Below are positions 9,405 to 18,688 of a DNA stretch of 64,000 nucleotides, one piece after another. Position numbers and translations under genes: made by a program. Each line of letters opens with the position of its first letter. Position 1 is the first letter of the stretch. The notes under the pieces were generated by a model. It was not told the origin of the DNA. It ran no database searches and worked only from the letters and a program-made list of their open reading frames with translations. Source of the DNA: a virus; IMG/VR virus record IMGVR_UViG_3300044645_002359, positions 22,355-86,354 of that record. One strand, written 5' to 3'.

Positions 9405-10253
9405 ATGAAAATTCGCATTATTGCTACCTCAGCAGCTATCGCTTCACTCGCCACTCCCGCGCTCGCCGCACCTCAATTTTCTGACGCTGCTCGGACAAAT
9501 TGGGCCTATGGCGCTCTTCAAAACCTCGCTGAAAAGTATGGTTGTGTTGCTGGTTATCCCGATGGTACTTTCCGTGGTAGCAATTCCACCACCCGTTACG
9601 AAAGCGTTGCTCTCGTGAGTGCCTGCATTGATCGGGTTTATGACACCCTGAGCCAAGCTGATCGTCGCATTGCAGACGAGGCTCGCATTGCAATCGTAGC
9701 GACTGATGCTCGTGTTTCTGCCCTTGAGAACACAGCAACTCGGAAAGCGGTTGGAGTCGGCAGTTACGTTGGTGCAGGCGTTAACCTGAATCGTCAAGGC
9801 GTTAGCAGCGATGCCTATGGAAACAATCGCACTGTTGTTGGAGCTACCCTTCAGGGACGTTTCCCCCTGGGTAACCTCTACGGAGTTTCCACTTCTGCCC
9901 GCCCCTATGTAAACTTTGCGGCTGGACCAGATAGCCAAATTGGTTCTGCCCTCGGTGTTCTGGGTACCGTTGACGTTTCCTTGGCTGGGCGTACCATTGG
10001 CGGTATCCTCGTTAGCAGCACTAACCTCTACTTCGGTGCCGGTGGCCAATGGGCTTTGACGAATAATGGTCAGGCCAACTATCAAACTAGCGTTGGTCAA
10101 GGTTCTCAGTTTGTATTTGTTGCCGGTGTTGAGCGTTCCTTCACTCCGTCCCTGGTTGGTTTCGCTGATCTGAAGTTCCCGACCCAGGAAAATGGTGTTG
10201 CTGGAACGGCTTACGCCCCAGTTGGCACTATCGGCCTCGGATTTAAGTTCTGA
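9405..10253 (+). CDS. SLH-domain outer-membrane beta-barrel protein (cyanobacterial Som/OprB-like mini-porin)
   Basis: Signal peptide, then the SLH motif FSDAARTNWAYGALQNLAEKYGCVAGYPDGTFRGSNSTTRYESVALV, then a Gly/Ser/Thr-rich region of alternating residues ending in …GLGFKF, the outer-membrane-protein C-terminal Phe. Confidence 0.6.
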   Translation: MKIRIIATSAAIASLATPALAAPQFSDAARTNWAYGALQNLAEKYGCVAGYPDGTFRGSNSTTRYESVALVSACIDRVYDTLSQADRRIADEARIAIVATDARVSALENTATRKAVGVGSYVGAGVNLNRQGVSSDAYGNNRTVVGATLQGRFPLGNLYGVSTSARPYVNFAAGPDSQIGSALGVLGTVDVSLAGRTIGGILVSSTNLYFGAGGQWALTNNGQANYQTSVGQGSQFVFVAGVERSFTPSLVGFADLKFPTQENGVAGTAYAPVGTIGLGFKF

Positions 10254-10258
10254 TTGCT

Positions 10259-10537
10259 GTGGGGGGTTTAACCCCCTCTTTCTTTTCATCCATTATTCCA
10301 AGCAAAATGACACCCGAAGATCAAACCAACGCAGTTATCAACCAAGTTAAAACTTCTTCGTTTTTCGTGGTTGCCGCACTGTCCCCCAGCTTCCTTATTT
10401 CTCTGCTTTGCGTTTTTGCTTACTTGGTTACGCAATTCCCCGAAATTAAGGAGCCAGTTTCTAACGTAATCAGCAACCTCCTGGCCCGTGCCGGAGTTAG
10501 GCCCAACCAACAAGACACTCACACCGATAGCAAATGA
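10259..10537 (+). CDS. small membrane protein (92 aa)
   Basis: Hydrophobic segment FVVAALSPSFLISLLCVFAYLV. Confidence 0.4.
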   Translation: MGGLTPSFFSSIIPSKMTPEDQTNAVINQVKTSSFFVVAALSPSFLISLLCVFAYLVTQFPEIKEPVSNVISNLLARAGVRPNQQDTHTDSK

Positions 10538-10673
10538 GTTCGATCCTTTCCCTTGAATTGATTTTCGCTCTGGTTATGTACGGGGCTGGTGTCATTACGG
10601 GGGCTTGGATTGTCGGAAAGCTTCGGCGCCAAAACCCTGTGACAACCAACAGGAATTAAAGTTGAGAGTATGG

Positions 10674-10738
10674 GGCGGAAAACCGAACGAAAACCTTCGG
10701 TTTTCACCCTTGTTTTCGCTCACCGAAAACGGTATGAT
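10674..10738 (+). promoter_or_regulatory. hairpin-promoter cassette copy 4
   Basis: AAAACCGAAcgaaaaccTTCGGTTTT hairpin; -35 TTGTTT; spacer TCGCTCACCGAAAA; -10 TATGAT. Confidence 0.55.
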
Positions 10739-10766
10739 TACTACATAAGCGAAACGAAACTCCCAG

Positions 10767-11018
10767 ATGACCATCAGCCAAATAGTTCACGAGCTATCCC
10801 TCGACAAGCTCAAAGAGCTCACTTCAGACTACGAACAGTTCGAGTGCGATGGTTCGATTCCCAACTGTTACCTTCGAAGGATGGCGGAACGGGCTCAACG
10901 AGAGCTGGGCCTGAACTCAGGCTTTCCTGTAATTCTTTGGGTGGAGAAGGTTGCGTTTGAAGCTTACCGTGAACTTTATAAGCGGTTGCAACACTTGCTT
11001 AGCGAAGAGGTCGGTTAA
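10767..11018 (+). CDS. hypothetical protein (83 aa)
   Basis: ORF downstream of the cassette. Confidence 0.4.
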   Translation: MTISQIVHELSLDKLKELTSDYEQFECDGSIPNCYLRRMAERAQRELGLNSGFPVILWVEKVAFEAYRELYKRLQHLLSEEVG

Positions 11019-11085
11019 CCGACCTTTACCTCCATCCTAAACAAGGCTATACTTAATTTAACAAGAAACTACGACGGAGCTGAAA

Positions 11086-12075
11086 ATGATCGCCCTACCC
11101 AACGTCAAGGAAGAAACGGTTATCGAGCCGTTAGTCAAAGAACTGATTCAGGTTACCGTTGAAACAGAAGGCGGTTTGGGTTACGTTCATAGGAAAACTT
11201 TTCAATTCAGTGCAGGAGAGACTCAAGTTCGCCTCAGTCCTTTGCCTACAGGAGTCAGGAAGATTCGAGTTAGGGCGGATATTGAGAGCAGCCAAACTTT
11301 GGTAGAACTTCTTCTGACTTTGGATGCTATTAACAATCTAGAGTACCAAGGTCCTGTCGGATTAACCCTCCCATACCTTCCTTACAGCCGTCAAGACCGC
11401 GCCTGCGCACCTGGCGAGGCTTTTGCCCTTTCTGTTCTTGTAAACTGCCTCGTCCCGTATCTCGGTGCCGACGACACTATCACAACTTGGGATGTTCACA
11501 GCAGTGTGGCACGAACCCTTTTCGATAGTAAATTCCAGGGAGTATTCTATAATGTCTCCGCAGCGAGTCTCTTGCAGAATTTTGAGCTTGAAAAAGATGT
11601 GGTATTCAATCCCTCAACCATTGTCATTGCCCCAGATAAGGGTGCTGTAGACCGGGCCACAGAAGTTCAAAATGTCCTGGGACTAGAACGGACCGTGTAC
11701 GCAACCAAAGTTCGCAATCCGGACGACGGCCAGATCCTAAGAACAGAAGTTCCCGAAGACGTGAATTACCGAGGCAAAAACCTTTTGATTGTAGACGACA
11801 TTTGTGATGGTGGCCGCACTTTCATCGAACTTGCCAAGGTTTTGCGAGAATACGAGCCGTCACGTATTGACCTTTATGTGACACATGGGATCTTCTCAAA
11901 AGGTTTCAAAGTTTTTGAGGGCTTTATTGACAACATCTACGTAGCCAACCTGTTGATGGAACTCATTGAGCACCGCGATGGACGAAAGTCGTTCCCATCA
12001 GGTTCTGACCTCTGTGAAAATGTGGGATGTTATAGAGAATTTCCGAGCAACGTGACTTATCTCCGAAACATTTAA
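11086..12075 (+). CDS. ribose-phosphate pyrophosphokinase (PRPP synthetase)-like; candidate ADPR-PP synthetase (Adps) of an NAD-reconstitution pathway
   Basis: 329 aa; PRPP/PRTase motif NLLIVDDICDGGRTF; Prs-like length; immediately upstream of the NAMPT-like gene. Confidence 0.65.
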   Translation: MIALPNVKEETVIEPLVKELIQVTVETEGGLGYVHRKTFQFSAGETQVRLSPLPTGVRKIRVRADIESSQTLVELLLTLDAINNLEYQGPVGLTLPYLPYSRQDRACAPGEAFALSVLVNCLVPYLGADDTITTWDVHSSVARTLFDSKFQGVFYNVSAASLLQNFELEKDVVFNPSTIVIAPDKGAVDRATEVQNVLGLERTVYATKVRNPDDGQILRTEVPEDVNYRGKNLLIVDDICDGGRTFIELAKVLREYEPSRIDLYVTHGIFSKGFKVFEGFIDNIYVANLLMELIEHRDGRKSFPSGSDLCENVGCYREFPSNVTYLRNI

Positions 12076-12113
12076 CCCTGCTCGACAACCCAAGTCAAAC
12101 CTCTTAACAAACA

Positions 12114-13616
12114 ATGAAACTCTTCGCCCCTAACCTTACAGACTTCTACAAGACGGGTCACTACCGCCAGTACCCTGAAAACACGGAGTTCATCTACTCG
12201 AACATGACCGCACGGTCGGACCGTCTCGCCAAGATGCTCCCCGACTACGACCACAAAGTAGTGGTAGCAGGTATTCTGGGCACAGCAGCTTGGTACCTTC
12301 GCGACCTTTGGAACGATACTTTCTTCAGTCAACCTAAAGACCGAGTACTTGAAAAGTACCGCAGGCGAATGGACTCGGCTCTCGGACCTGGCGCCGTGAG
12401 CACAGCCCACCTGGCCGAACTTCACGACCTCGGTTACCTTCCAATCCGAGTAAAGGCTCTCCCAGAAGGCACCCGTGTCAATCTGCGCGTCCCCTTCCTC
12501 ACGGTGGAGAACACACACCCCGACTTCTATTGGGTGACTAACTACATTGAAACTGCCCTGTCGGCTGAAGTTTGGAAGCATGTCAACAATGCAACCATCG
12601 CCTACGAGTTTCGCCGCCTACTTGACCGATACGCAGATCTAACAGGGACTGACCGGTCTTTTGTTGACTTCCAGGCGCACGACTTTTCCTTCCGAGGAGT
12701 TAGTGGTATTCACGATGCTGCTGCCCACGGGATTGGACACCTGTTCTCCTTCAAGGGTACGGACAACATCCCGGCAATTGACTTCTTGGAAGATTACTAC
12801 AACGTTGAAGGCGAATTTATCGCCGGTGGCGTCCCTGCTACCGAACACAGTGTTATGTGCACCGGGGGCCAAGATACTGAGATTGACACCTACAGGCGTC
12901 TGATTTCTGAAACTTACCCGACTGGTATTGTTAGCATTGTTAGCGACACTTGGGACTACTGGAACGTTCTCACGAACATTGCTGCCCAACTGGAGGAGAC
13001 GATCCTGAATCGCCAACCGGATGCCCTTGGCCTTGCCAAAGTTGTATTCCGCCCTGATAGTGGAGACCCCGAGAGAATCCTTTGCGGCGACCCGGACGCT
13101 GAACCCGGCAGTCCAGCCTTCAAAGGCTCTCTGCAGCTCCTCTGGGACCTCTTCGGAGGCACCGTAAACGAGCAGGGCTTCCGCGTCCTTAACCCTCGCG
13201 TGGGCCTCATCTACGGTGACTCGATCACCCTTCCTAGAGCTCTTTCCATTCTGGAGAACATGCACAGCAACGGATGGGCCAGCGGTAACGTTGTTTTCGG
13301 TGTGGGTTCGTACACTTACCAGTTCCACACTCGCGATACATTCGGCATCGCTTTCAAGACGACTTGGACTCAAATCAACGGTCAACCTGTCGAAGTTATG
13401 AAAGATCCGATTACCGACCGTGGAACTAAGAAGTCGGCCAAAGGGTTGCTTCGTGTTGAAGAAGAGAATGGCGAGTACGTTCTCTACGAGCAACAAAGTC
13501 GAGATGAAGAGAGTCGAGGAGAACTGCGAACCGTATTTATGAATAGCCAGGTCTTCGAAAGACCCGACGAGAGTTTGACGAACATTCGCAGTCGTCTTGT
13601 CTCGCCAAATTCCTAA
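12114..13616 (+). CDS. nicotinamide phosphoribosyltransferase (NAMPT/NadV)-like; candidate Namat
   Basis: 500 aa; the N-terminus NLTDFYKTGHYRQYPENTEFIYSNMTAR matches the NAMPT start (TDSYKVTHYKQYPPNT…); overall NAPRTase-family architecture. Confidence 0.75.
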   Translation: MKLFAPNLTDFYKTGHYRQYPENTEFIYSNMTARSDRLAKMLPDYDHKVVVAGILGTAAWYLRDLWNDTFFSQPKDRVLEKYRRRMDSALGPGAVSTAHLAELHDLGYLPIRVKALPEGTRVNLRVPFLTVENTHPDFYWVTNYIETALSAEVWKHVNNATIAYEFRRLLDRYADLTGTDRSFVDFQAHDFSFRGVSGIHDAAAHGIGHLFSFKGTDNIPAIDFLEDYYNVEGEFIAGGVPATEHSVMCTGGQDTEIDTYRRLISETYPTGIVSIVSDTWDYWNVLTNIAAQLEETILNRQPDALGLAKVVFRPDSGDPERILCGDPDAEPGSPAFKGSLQLLWDLFGGTVNEQGFRVLNPRVGLIYGDSITLPRALSILENMHSNGWASGNVVFGVGSYTYQFHTRDTFGIAFKTTWTQINGQPVEVMKDPITDRGTKKSAKGLLRVEEENGEYVLYEQQSRDEESRGELRTVFMNSQVFERPDESLTNIRSRLVSPNS

Positions 13617-13625
13617 ACTCAGGGC

Positions 13626-13645
13626 AAGGGAGAGTTTACTCTCCC
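13626..13645 (+). terminator. hairpin GGGAGAGTttaCTCTCCC after the NAMPT-like gene
   Basis: Perfect 8-bp stem directly after the stop codon. Confidence 0.4.
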
Positions 13646-13716
13646 TCTCCGGGGGGTATAATGATGAAAGAACTAACGTCCCCGTGCGATGGGGGAACAC
13701 CTAAATCACTAAGGTT

Positions 13717-14307
13717 ATGGACTACAAGACAATCGCATACAAAAAGACCATTCTGGTCCTCAATTCCACGTATGAACCACTCAATAGTACCTCATGGCGC
13801 AGGGCTAGAGTTCTAGTCTTGAAGGAAAAAGCTCATGTAGTTTCTAGTCGCACAATTCGCCTGAAAAACTACGTGAAGGTCCCCCAAGCCAAAATGGCTG
13901 CTGGAAAGCCTTCTCGCGCTCTCATTTTGAAGAGAGACGGACACACCTGCCAGTACTGTGAGTATTCCGGTCCCAACCTTACAATCGACCACGTAGTTCC
14001 GAAGTCTCGAGGCGGCCAAGACACTTGGCAGAACCTTGTTACTAGCTGCCTAGAATGTAACAACTGCAAGGACAATCGTACCCCAGAAGAATGGGCTATG
14101 GCCCTGAAGAAGGTGTTTGCCAAAGAAACTACGAATGTTTCCCCCTTGCCATTCACCTGGGATAGCTTCCAGGTCGGAATGATGGAGACCAGAGTAAACA
14201 GCCGGGGCACAACCTTAATTGGAAAGCCGAAGGCACCTTACAGCAAGATGTCTGTTACGATTAGCACTGCCGAAGTTGACGAGTGGCGCGAATACGTTTA
14301 CGTGTAA
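13717..14307 (+). CDS. HNH endonuclease
   Basis: CQYCEYSGPNLTIDHVVPKSRGGQDTWQNLVTSCLECNNCK is an HNH motif. Confidence 0.75.
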   Translation: MDYKTIAYKKTILVLNSTYEPLNSTSWRRARVLVLKEKAHVVSSRTIRLKNYVKVPQAKMAAGKPSRALILKRDGHTCQYCEYSGPNLTIDHVVPKSRGGQDTWQNLVTSCLECNNCKDNRTPEEWAMALKKVFAKETTNVSPLPFTWDSFQVGMMETRVNSRGTTLIGKPKAPYSKMSVTISTAEVDEWREYVYV

Positions 14308-14553
14308 CATCAACAGCCCTGTTTATCGGGGCTTTGCTTTTACAAACTTCCCCACTGAAACCTTACTGAAGTTTACAGAGAAAGTGAAAAAATCTAAGTT
14401 TAAGAAACTCATTCAGAAGCCACTAAGATTTCATCACCAGGACATTCACGAAGAGATTGAGGGTTTAACAGACCTTCTGCTTAACGTTTCCAACCGGCTG
14501 ATTCGAGTAGAGTCCTTGCTAGATAATCTAACTTCAAATAGCCCGAAGGGAGG

Positions 14554-14613
14554 GTAACCGAACGAAAGCCTTCGGTTCACACCCTTGTTTCTACGAGGCA
14601 GAAACGCTATACT
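14554..14613 (+). promoter_or_regulatory. hairpin-promoter cassette copy 5
   Basis: GGTAACCGAAcgaaagccTTCGGTT; -35 TTGTTT; spacer CTACGAGGCAGAAA; -10 TATACT; ATG at 14620. Confidence 0.55.
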
Positions 14614-14619
14614 TAGTTC

Positions 14620-15231
14620 ATGGAAAAGACCCCAACTACAACAAAAGAGCGGCCGATCTTTTTCAAAGGAGAAATGGTCCGAGCCATTTTGGACGGCAGC
14701 AAAACGCAGGAGCGGCGAATCGCTAAAGAGTTTGATGGCTTTCAAAATATGGATAAACTTTTGGCTCGGTTCCCTAATCAGGAAGGCTGCCCCTACGGCA
14801 AACCTGGCGATCGGTTGTGGATTCGCGAAACGTGGGCCGTTAGCAACATGTATGACAAACTCGCGCCATCGGCTATTTGCAAAGACTTGCCAAAGGGTCC
14901 TGGCCACGCACCAACCAAAGTCTTGTACCCATCAACCGACAGAATATCCGAAGGGATTAAACTTCGCCAATCTATCTTTATGCCCCGCTGGGCCAGCCGC
15001 ATCACTCTGGAGATCACTGCCATCAGGGTGGAGCAGCTGAATACAATCAGTGAGCCTGACGCAATGGCAGAAGGCGTAATTGAAGATTTCAGGCCACCTT
15101 TAGACAGGATGGGCATATGCAGCAACTACAGAGTTGCTTACCGAGATCTGTGGCAATCCATCCACGGCCCCGGATCATGGGCCGCCAACCCGTGGGTGTG
15201 GGTTGTGGAGTTTCGAAGGGTGCAGCTATGA
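14620..15231 (+). CDS. ASCH/PUA-like domain protein
   Basis: N-terminus RPIFFKGEMVRAILDGSKTQERR matches the PILF…MVRAIL.G.KTQTRR signature of phage ASCH-domain proteins. Confidence 0.5.
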   Translation: MEKTPTTTKERPIFFKGEMVRAILDGSKTQERRIAKEFDGFQNMDKLLARFPNQEGCPYGKPGDRLWIRETWAVSNMYDKLAPSAICKDLPKGPGHAPTKVLYPSTDRISEGIKLRQSIFMPRWASRITLEITAIRVEQLNTISEPDAMAEGVIEDFRPPLDRMGICSNYRVAYRDLWQSIHGPGSWAANPWVWVVEFRRVQL

Positions 15232-15824
15232 GCTACCCAATCCTGGGAAAAGGCGTGTCAAAACGACTAGGCCCAGCGGTAAACATCATTACTAGGTTTA
15301 ACACCTTTCGGCCAAGCGCACATTATCCATTGCGCGATGAGTTGGGTAGGGGTCGCTGGTATTATTCGAAAGAACTATTATCCATAGGCTATCGCCACAC
15401 CGGCAAAAACATTGTATGGGGTCAAACCATCAGCAGGGGGGAAGGTCTTCAGTTGCTTTTTGATGATCTTCTAGAACTAGAGTCCAATCTAAATCGCGAG
15501 TTGCCTTGGTTTCATCAGTGGCATTATTTGGTGCGTGCTGCTGTAATTTCAAGAGCCTTCCATGAAGGGTCCTATTTTTTCAGTAGCATGATGGGTATTG
15601 CAATGGGGAACGGCCCTTGGGGCACGCTTAACGGCTCGCATCGCCCTAGCTTATGCCTTGAAGAATGTCTTTCCTCGCAATGGGAGCACCTTGACGAACA
15701 ACAAAGAGAACTACGCATTGCTGAGCTTGATTTAGTGGACTTAAAAGACAAGCTTATGGAGCTGAAAGAAAAAGAAAAACCCCACGTAGGGCACTCGGGG
15801 AACGCTCGGAGGATACAACCATGA
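15228..15824 (+). CDS. hypothetical protein (about 198 aa)
   Basis: ATGA-coupled ORF. Confidence 0.4.
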   Translation: MSYPILGKGVSKRLGPAVNIITRFNTFRPSAHYPLRDELGRGRWYYSKELLSIGYRHTGKNIVWGQTISRGEGLQLLFDDLLELESNLNRELPWFHQWHYLVRAAVISRAFHEGSYFFSSMMGIAMGNGPWGTLNGSHRPSLCLEECLSSQWEHLDEQQRELRIAELDLVDLKDKLMELKEKEKPHVGHSGNARRIQP

Positions 15825-16060
15825 CTCGCCATATGGGCGGAAACTTTGATGATTTCCTTAGTGATGACGGTCTGTTGGAAGATTGCGAATTGATGGCCCT
15901 AGGACGGGTTTCAGGCCATGAAACTAGCCAGGGGTTGGATAGTAAAGTGATTGAGGAACTAAGGAATATCCACCACGAGCTGCTTGAAAAATCAAAGAAC
16001 CTCGACCCTGATTCCGAACGCATCCTTAGGGAAAATCTCTGGGACTTGTATGACTCTTGA
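15821..16060 (+). CDS. hypothetical protein (79 aa)
   Basis: ATGA overlap. Confidence 0.4.
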   Translation: MTRHMGGNFDDFLSDDGLLEDCELMALGRVSGHETSQGLDSKVIEELRNIHHELLEKSKNLDPDSERILRENLWDLYDS

Positions 16061-16277
16061 GATCAATATGGATGATTTCTGGTTGCATGAAGAAACCAAG
16101 CATGAACTCCTACTTATGAGAGCCCGTAAAAAGGTTTGCTCTTATAATCAGATTATACCGTCCGAGGATTTCACCACAGATAGCTACCTAGTTTTTCTAG
16201 AGTACGCTTCACCGAAGGAGCTGTCTGAGGATATTATAACAGAAGCTACATTTCAGAAAATTAACCCGATAGGGTGA
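16050..16277 (+). CDS. hypothetical protein (about 75 aa)
   Basis: ORF overlapping the upstream stop. Confidence 0.35.
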   Translation: MTLEINMDDFWLHEETKHELLLMRARKKVCSYNQIIPSEDFTTDSYLVFLEYASPKELSEDIITEATFQKINPIG

Positions 16278-16579
16278 GGACCATGAAAATTAAACACAAG
16301 GACATACTATCACGCGGGCGGTGGAGTGTAGGTGATTTACATCTCAATGAAGAACTAGATGAAGAATACAATGTAGACAAAACTTTTGACACCTCGAAAC
16401 GAGCCCGTTCTTATGCCAAGAGCCTCTTTCTCAGGAACCCTAGCCACACCATCTTCCTGACTGCCATCAAGCGAATAAAATTCGATGGTAAATACCTAAC
16501 TTGTACAAAGAAAGAGTGGGTTGTGACCTTGAAAAGTGGCAAAGTGAAGTTTAAAAGCAATGGTTTCTATTTTAGCTGA
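16274..16579 (+). CDS. hypothetical protein (101 aa)
   Basis: ORF. Confidence 0.4.
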   Translation: MRTMKIKHKDILSRGRWSVGDLHLNEELDEEYNVDKTFDTSKRARSYAKSLFLRNPSHTIFLTAIKRIKFDGKYLTCTKKEWVVTLKSGKVKFKSNGFYFS

Positions 16580-16687
16580 TTACCAAAACTAAACGGGCGG
16601 TTAACCGCCATAGCCCCCAGGTGACAGTCAGTGTAGGATGACCTTGGATTTGATCCCCCTTTTTTACAAACCCGTACCCCGGCAGCA

Positions 16688-16960
16688 ATGACATTTAAAG
16701 TTTTTACAGTCGAATACCGAGTTGGTGTAGTTTGTTATGATGCACTACCCCAAGTAGTATGCACAAGTATGGGCGATTTAAAATCTTTTTGCAGTCTTTT
16801 GGAGAGAGATAAAGACGTAATTGAGTATAAAATTACCTCTTGTGGTGTTACTTTCAGTAAAAAAACTTTAGATGCTGAGTATTTGATGACCAAACTTGTA
16901 GAAAAGTTCAATTGGAATTATGAAATTCCAGTGGTTCCATTTGTTTTTGAGGGTGATTAA
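16688..16960 (+). CDS. hypothetical protein (90 aa)
   Basis: ORF. Confidence 0.4.
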   Translation: MTFKVFTVEYRVGVVCYDALPQVVCTSMGDLKSFCSLLERDKDVIEYKITSCGVTFSKKTLDAEYLMTKLVEKFNWNYEIPVVPFVFEGD

Positions 16961-17065
16961 ATGTTGTAGACAAACTTCCAGATTTGGCATATTCTTGAAA
17001 TCAACTGGCTCGTCGTGAGCATCTGCCCCGTAATTGACCCATTCGCATTACTACCCCACAGCAAA

Positions 17066-17299
17066 ATGGCACGAATCACAGAAGAACAAATCCTGAGCAC
17101 AATCGGCGAACTTTGGCTTGTCGAGGTAAGAGAGTCTGAACGCGGGTGGGGAGGTGAGACCTGGAACGAACTTTTCACCACCTTCGGGGAAGCCCAGACT
17201 AGATTCATGGAAATTAACAAGGGTAATCCAACCGATCACGTTCCTGATTATTACATTGTTGCGTCCAAACCAAGGGTGGCCAAGATACACTTTAACTGA
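17066..17299 (+). CDS. hypothetical protein (77 aa)
   Basis: ORF; start chosen at an internal ATG (MARITEEQ…). Confidence 0.35.
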   Translation: MARITEEQILSTIGELWLVEVRESERGWGGETWNELFTTFGEAQTRFMEINKGNPTDHVPDYYIVASKPRVAKIHFN

Positions 17300-17366
17300 G
17301 GGGCGGTAAACCGCCCTACCCGGCTCGGTTTCCCGGCTTGTTTCTGCCACGCAGACACGGTATCAT
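17300..17366 (+). promoter_or_regulatory. hairpin-promoter cassette copy 6
   Basis: GGGCGGtaaaCCGCCC plus CCGGctcggtttcCCGG; -35 TTGTTT; spacer CTGCCACGCAGACA; -10 TATCAT; ATG at 17373. Confidence 0.55.
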
Positions 17367-17372
17367 TAGTTC

Positions 17373-18038
17373 ATGAACGAAGCTCCCTCGAAAACCATGA
17401 AACCGCTTCCTGAAGCTGTGACACAAGCTATCCTGTTGAAACCAGGGGACAGCGTCCAAGTCCCGGCTGTCGGCGTAAAAACAAAGGACGGTTGGAAGTA
17501 CGAGACCCAAGTCCCTTACCTCCACTTTCGGCAACAACCTGTAGAACCCGGTCTGTATCTAGTCACAGACATTTGGATGCACCCGAACGCGACAAATCCG
17601 GCTGACCCCTCTTCTTATTGTTACACTCTAAGGAGAATCCGTAGTAAGCGACGTCTTACTAGCTTAGAGTCAACCTGGAGGGAAAAGTACAAAAAGTCTG
17701 GATTTCAAGAGAAGTACTTTTCTTCCCAAAAAGTGAACTACAATTGCCTCGATTGGGATCAACTTATTAAGGAAGGTAAAGTTAAAACCGATGTGTACAA
17801 ACCGGGTGAGAAATTCAACCTAGACGAGTTCAAGAAGGATCTTGGTCAAGTGCTTTACAAGCACAAAGCAACTTTCCGACTTCGTCGCAGTTATGACGGG
17901 CCTTGGGATGCTGAGGGTTTTAATGTACTGATGGTATCTGTTCAAGGGGAAGATAAGGCCACACTTGCGACCGAGTGGCTGGACTTCCCTATCAGACGGT
18001 CGGAACCCACCTGGAAGGACGGTAAGCCGAACCGCTGA
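17373..18038 (+). CDS. hypothetical protein (221 aa)
   Basis: Leaderless ATG after the cassette; the C-terminal …DGKPNR is encoded by the downstream hairpin. Confidence 0.5.
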   Translation: MNEAPSKTMKPLPEAVTQAILLKPGDSVQVPAVGVKTKDGWKYETQVPYLHFRQQPVEPGLYLVTDIWMHPNATNPADPSSYCYTLRRIRSKRRLTSLESTWREKYKKSGFQEKYFSSQKVNYNCLDWDQLIKEGKVKTDVYKPGEKFNLDEFKKDLGQVLYKHKATFRLRRSYDGPWDAEGFNVLMVSVQGEDKATLATEWLDFPIRRSEPTWKDGKPNR

Positions 18039-18082
18039 GGGCGGTTAACCGCTCTTGTCCACACCCGAAAAACCTCTATAAT
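18029..18082 (+). promoter_or_regulatory. hairpin-promoter cassette copy 7 (-10 TATAAT)
   Basis: AACCGCtgagGGCGGTTAACCGC hairpins; -35 TTGTCC; -10 TATAAT; ATG at 18089. Confidence 0.5.
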
Positions 18083-18088
18083 GGAACC

Positions 18089-18496
18089 ATGGAACAAAAT
18101 CTGCGCCACTACCTGATCGACTGGCTTAACGAGTGGGGCTACAATGCCCTGGAAGAGTTGGCCGAATTTGACATCCGCGTTGCTCGCGATGAGCGTTACC
18201 CGAACCTCTTCAACCTGAAGTACGGCAGCGTGATGGCGGACAAGTCGCTGCCGATCGTTCGCGCTTGTCGTGGTGCTGTGGTTGAGCGTGTTGATAACGA
18301 TGGCGACCACTCGCCGTACTACCGCCTGGTAGCGTATGCTTTCGATCGTTTCTTCAACGTCGGCGAAGGTTATTGTCACGAACTAGATTGGTCGCATACC
18401 AAGGTTTATGAGAAGTACGATGGTTGCTTACATGCTGAGACTAAGGTAGAAACCTCAAAAGGTACAAACTATCAAAGAGATTTGCGAGAAGCCTGA
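18089..18496 (+). CDS. T4 Rnl1-like RNA ligase N-extein (motif I KYDG) fused to split-intein IntN; IntN is frameshifted and continues in another frame to about 18718
   Basis: DWLNEWGY…IVRACRGAVVERVD…DRFFNVGEG…KVYEKYDG tracks the T4 RnlA N-terminal region. This is followed by C|LHAETKVET (intein block A), and after a shift of one base by …YKITLENGNTIVLTGNHKVWD (block B, close to the gp41-1 IntN YKITLEDGKEIICSEEHLF). Confidence 0.6.
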   Translation: MEQNLRHYLIDWLNEWGYNALEELAEFDIRVARDERYPNLFNLKYGSVMADKSLPIVRACRGAVVERVDNDGDHSPYYRLVAYAFDRFFNVGEGYCHELDWSHTKVYEKYDGCLHAETKVETSKGTNYQRDLREA

Positions 18497-18688
18497 TGAA
18501 GTCAAAGTTTACGGCTTCGACCACAAATCTGAAGAGAAAGTAGAAGTTCCCATTGAGGCTGTCTCTGTCAAACAATGCAAGCCTGACACCCAGTGGTACA
18601 AAATCACATTGGAGAACGGAAACACCATCGTTCTAACAGGGAACCATAAAGTCTGGGATGAAGTGTCCCATTCCTACATCAGAGTAGA

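Noticed and set aside
9444-10289. Long − strand ORF (281 aa) opposite the SLH-porin gene
   Set aside because: Shadow ORF of a strongly periodic + strand gene. It has no start context and no motifs, and the coding strand is otherwise almost exclusively +.
12639-13700. 353-aa − strand ORF opposite the NAMPT-like gene
   Set aside because: Antisense shadow of a well-supported + strand gene with clear NAMPT homology.
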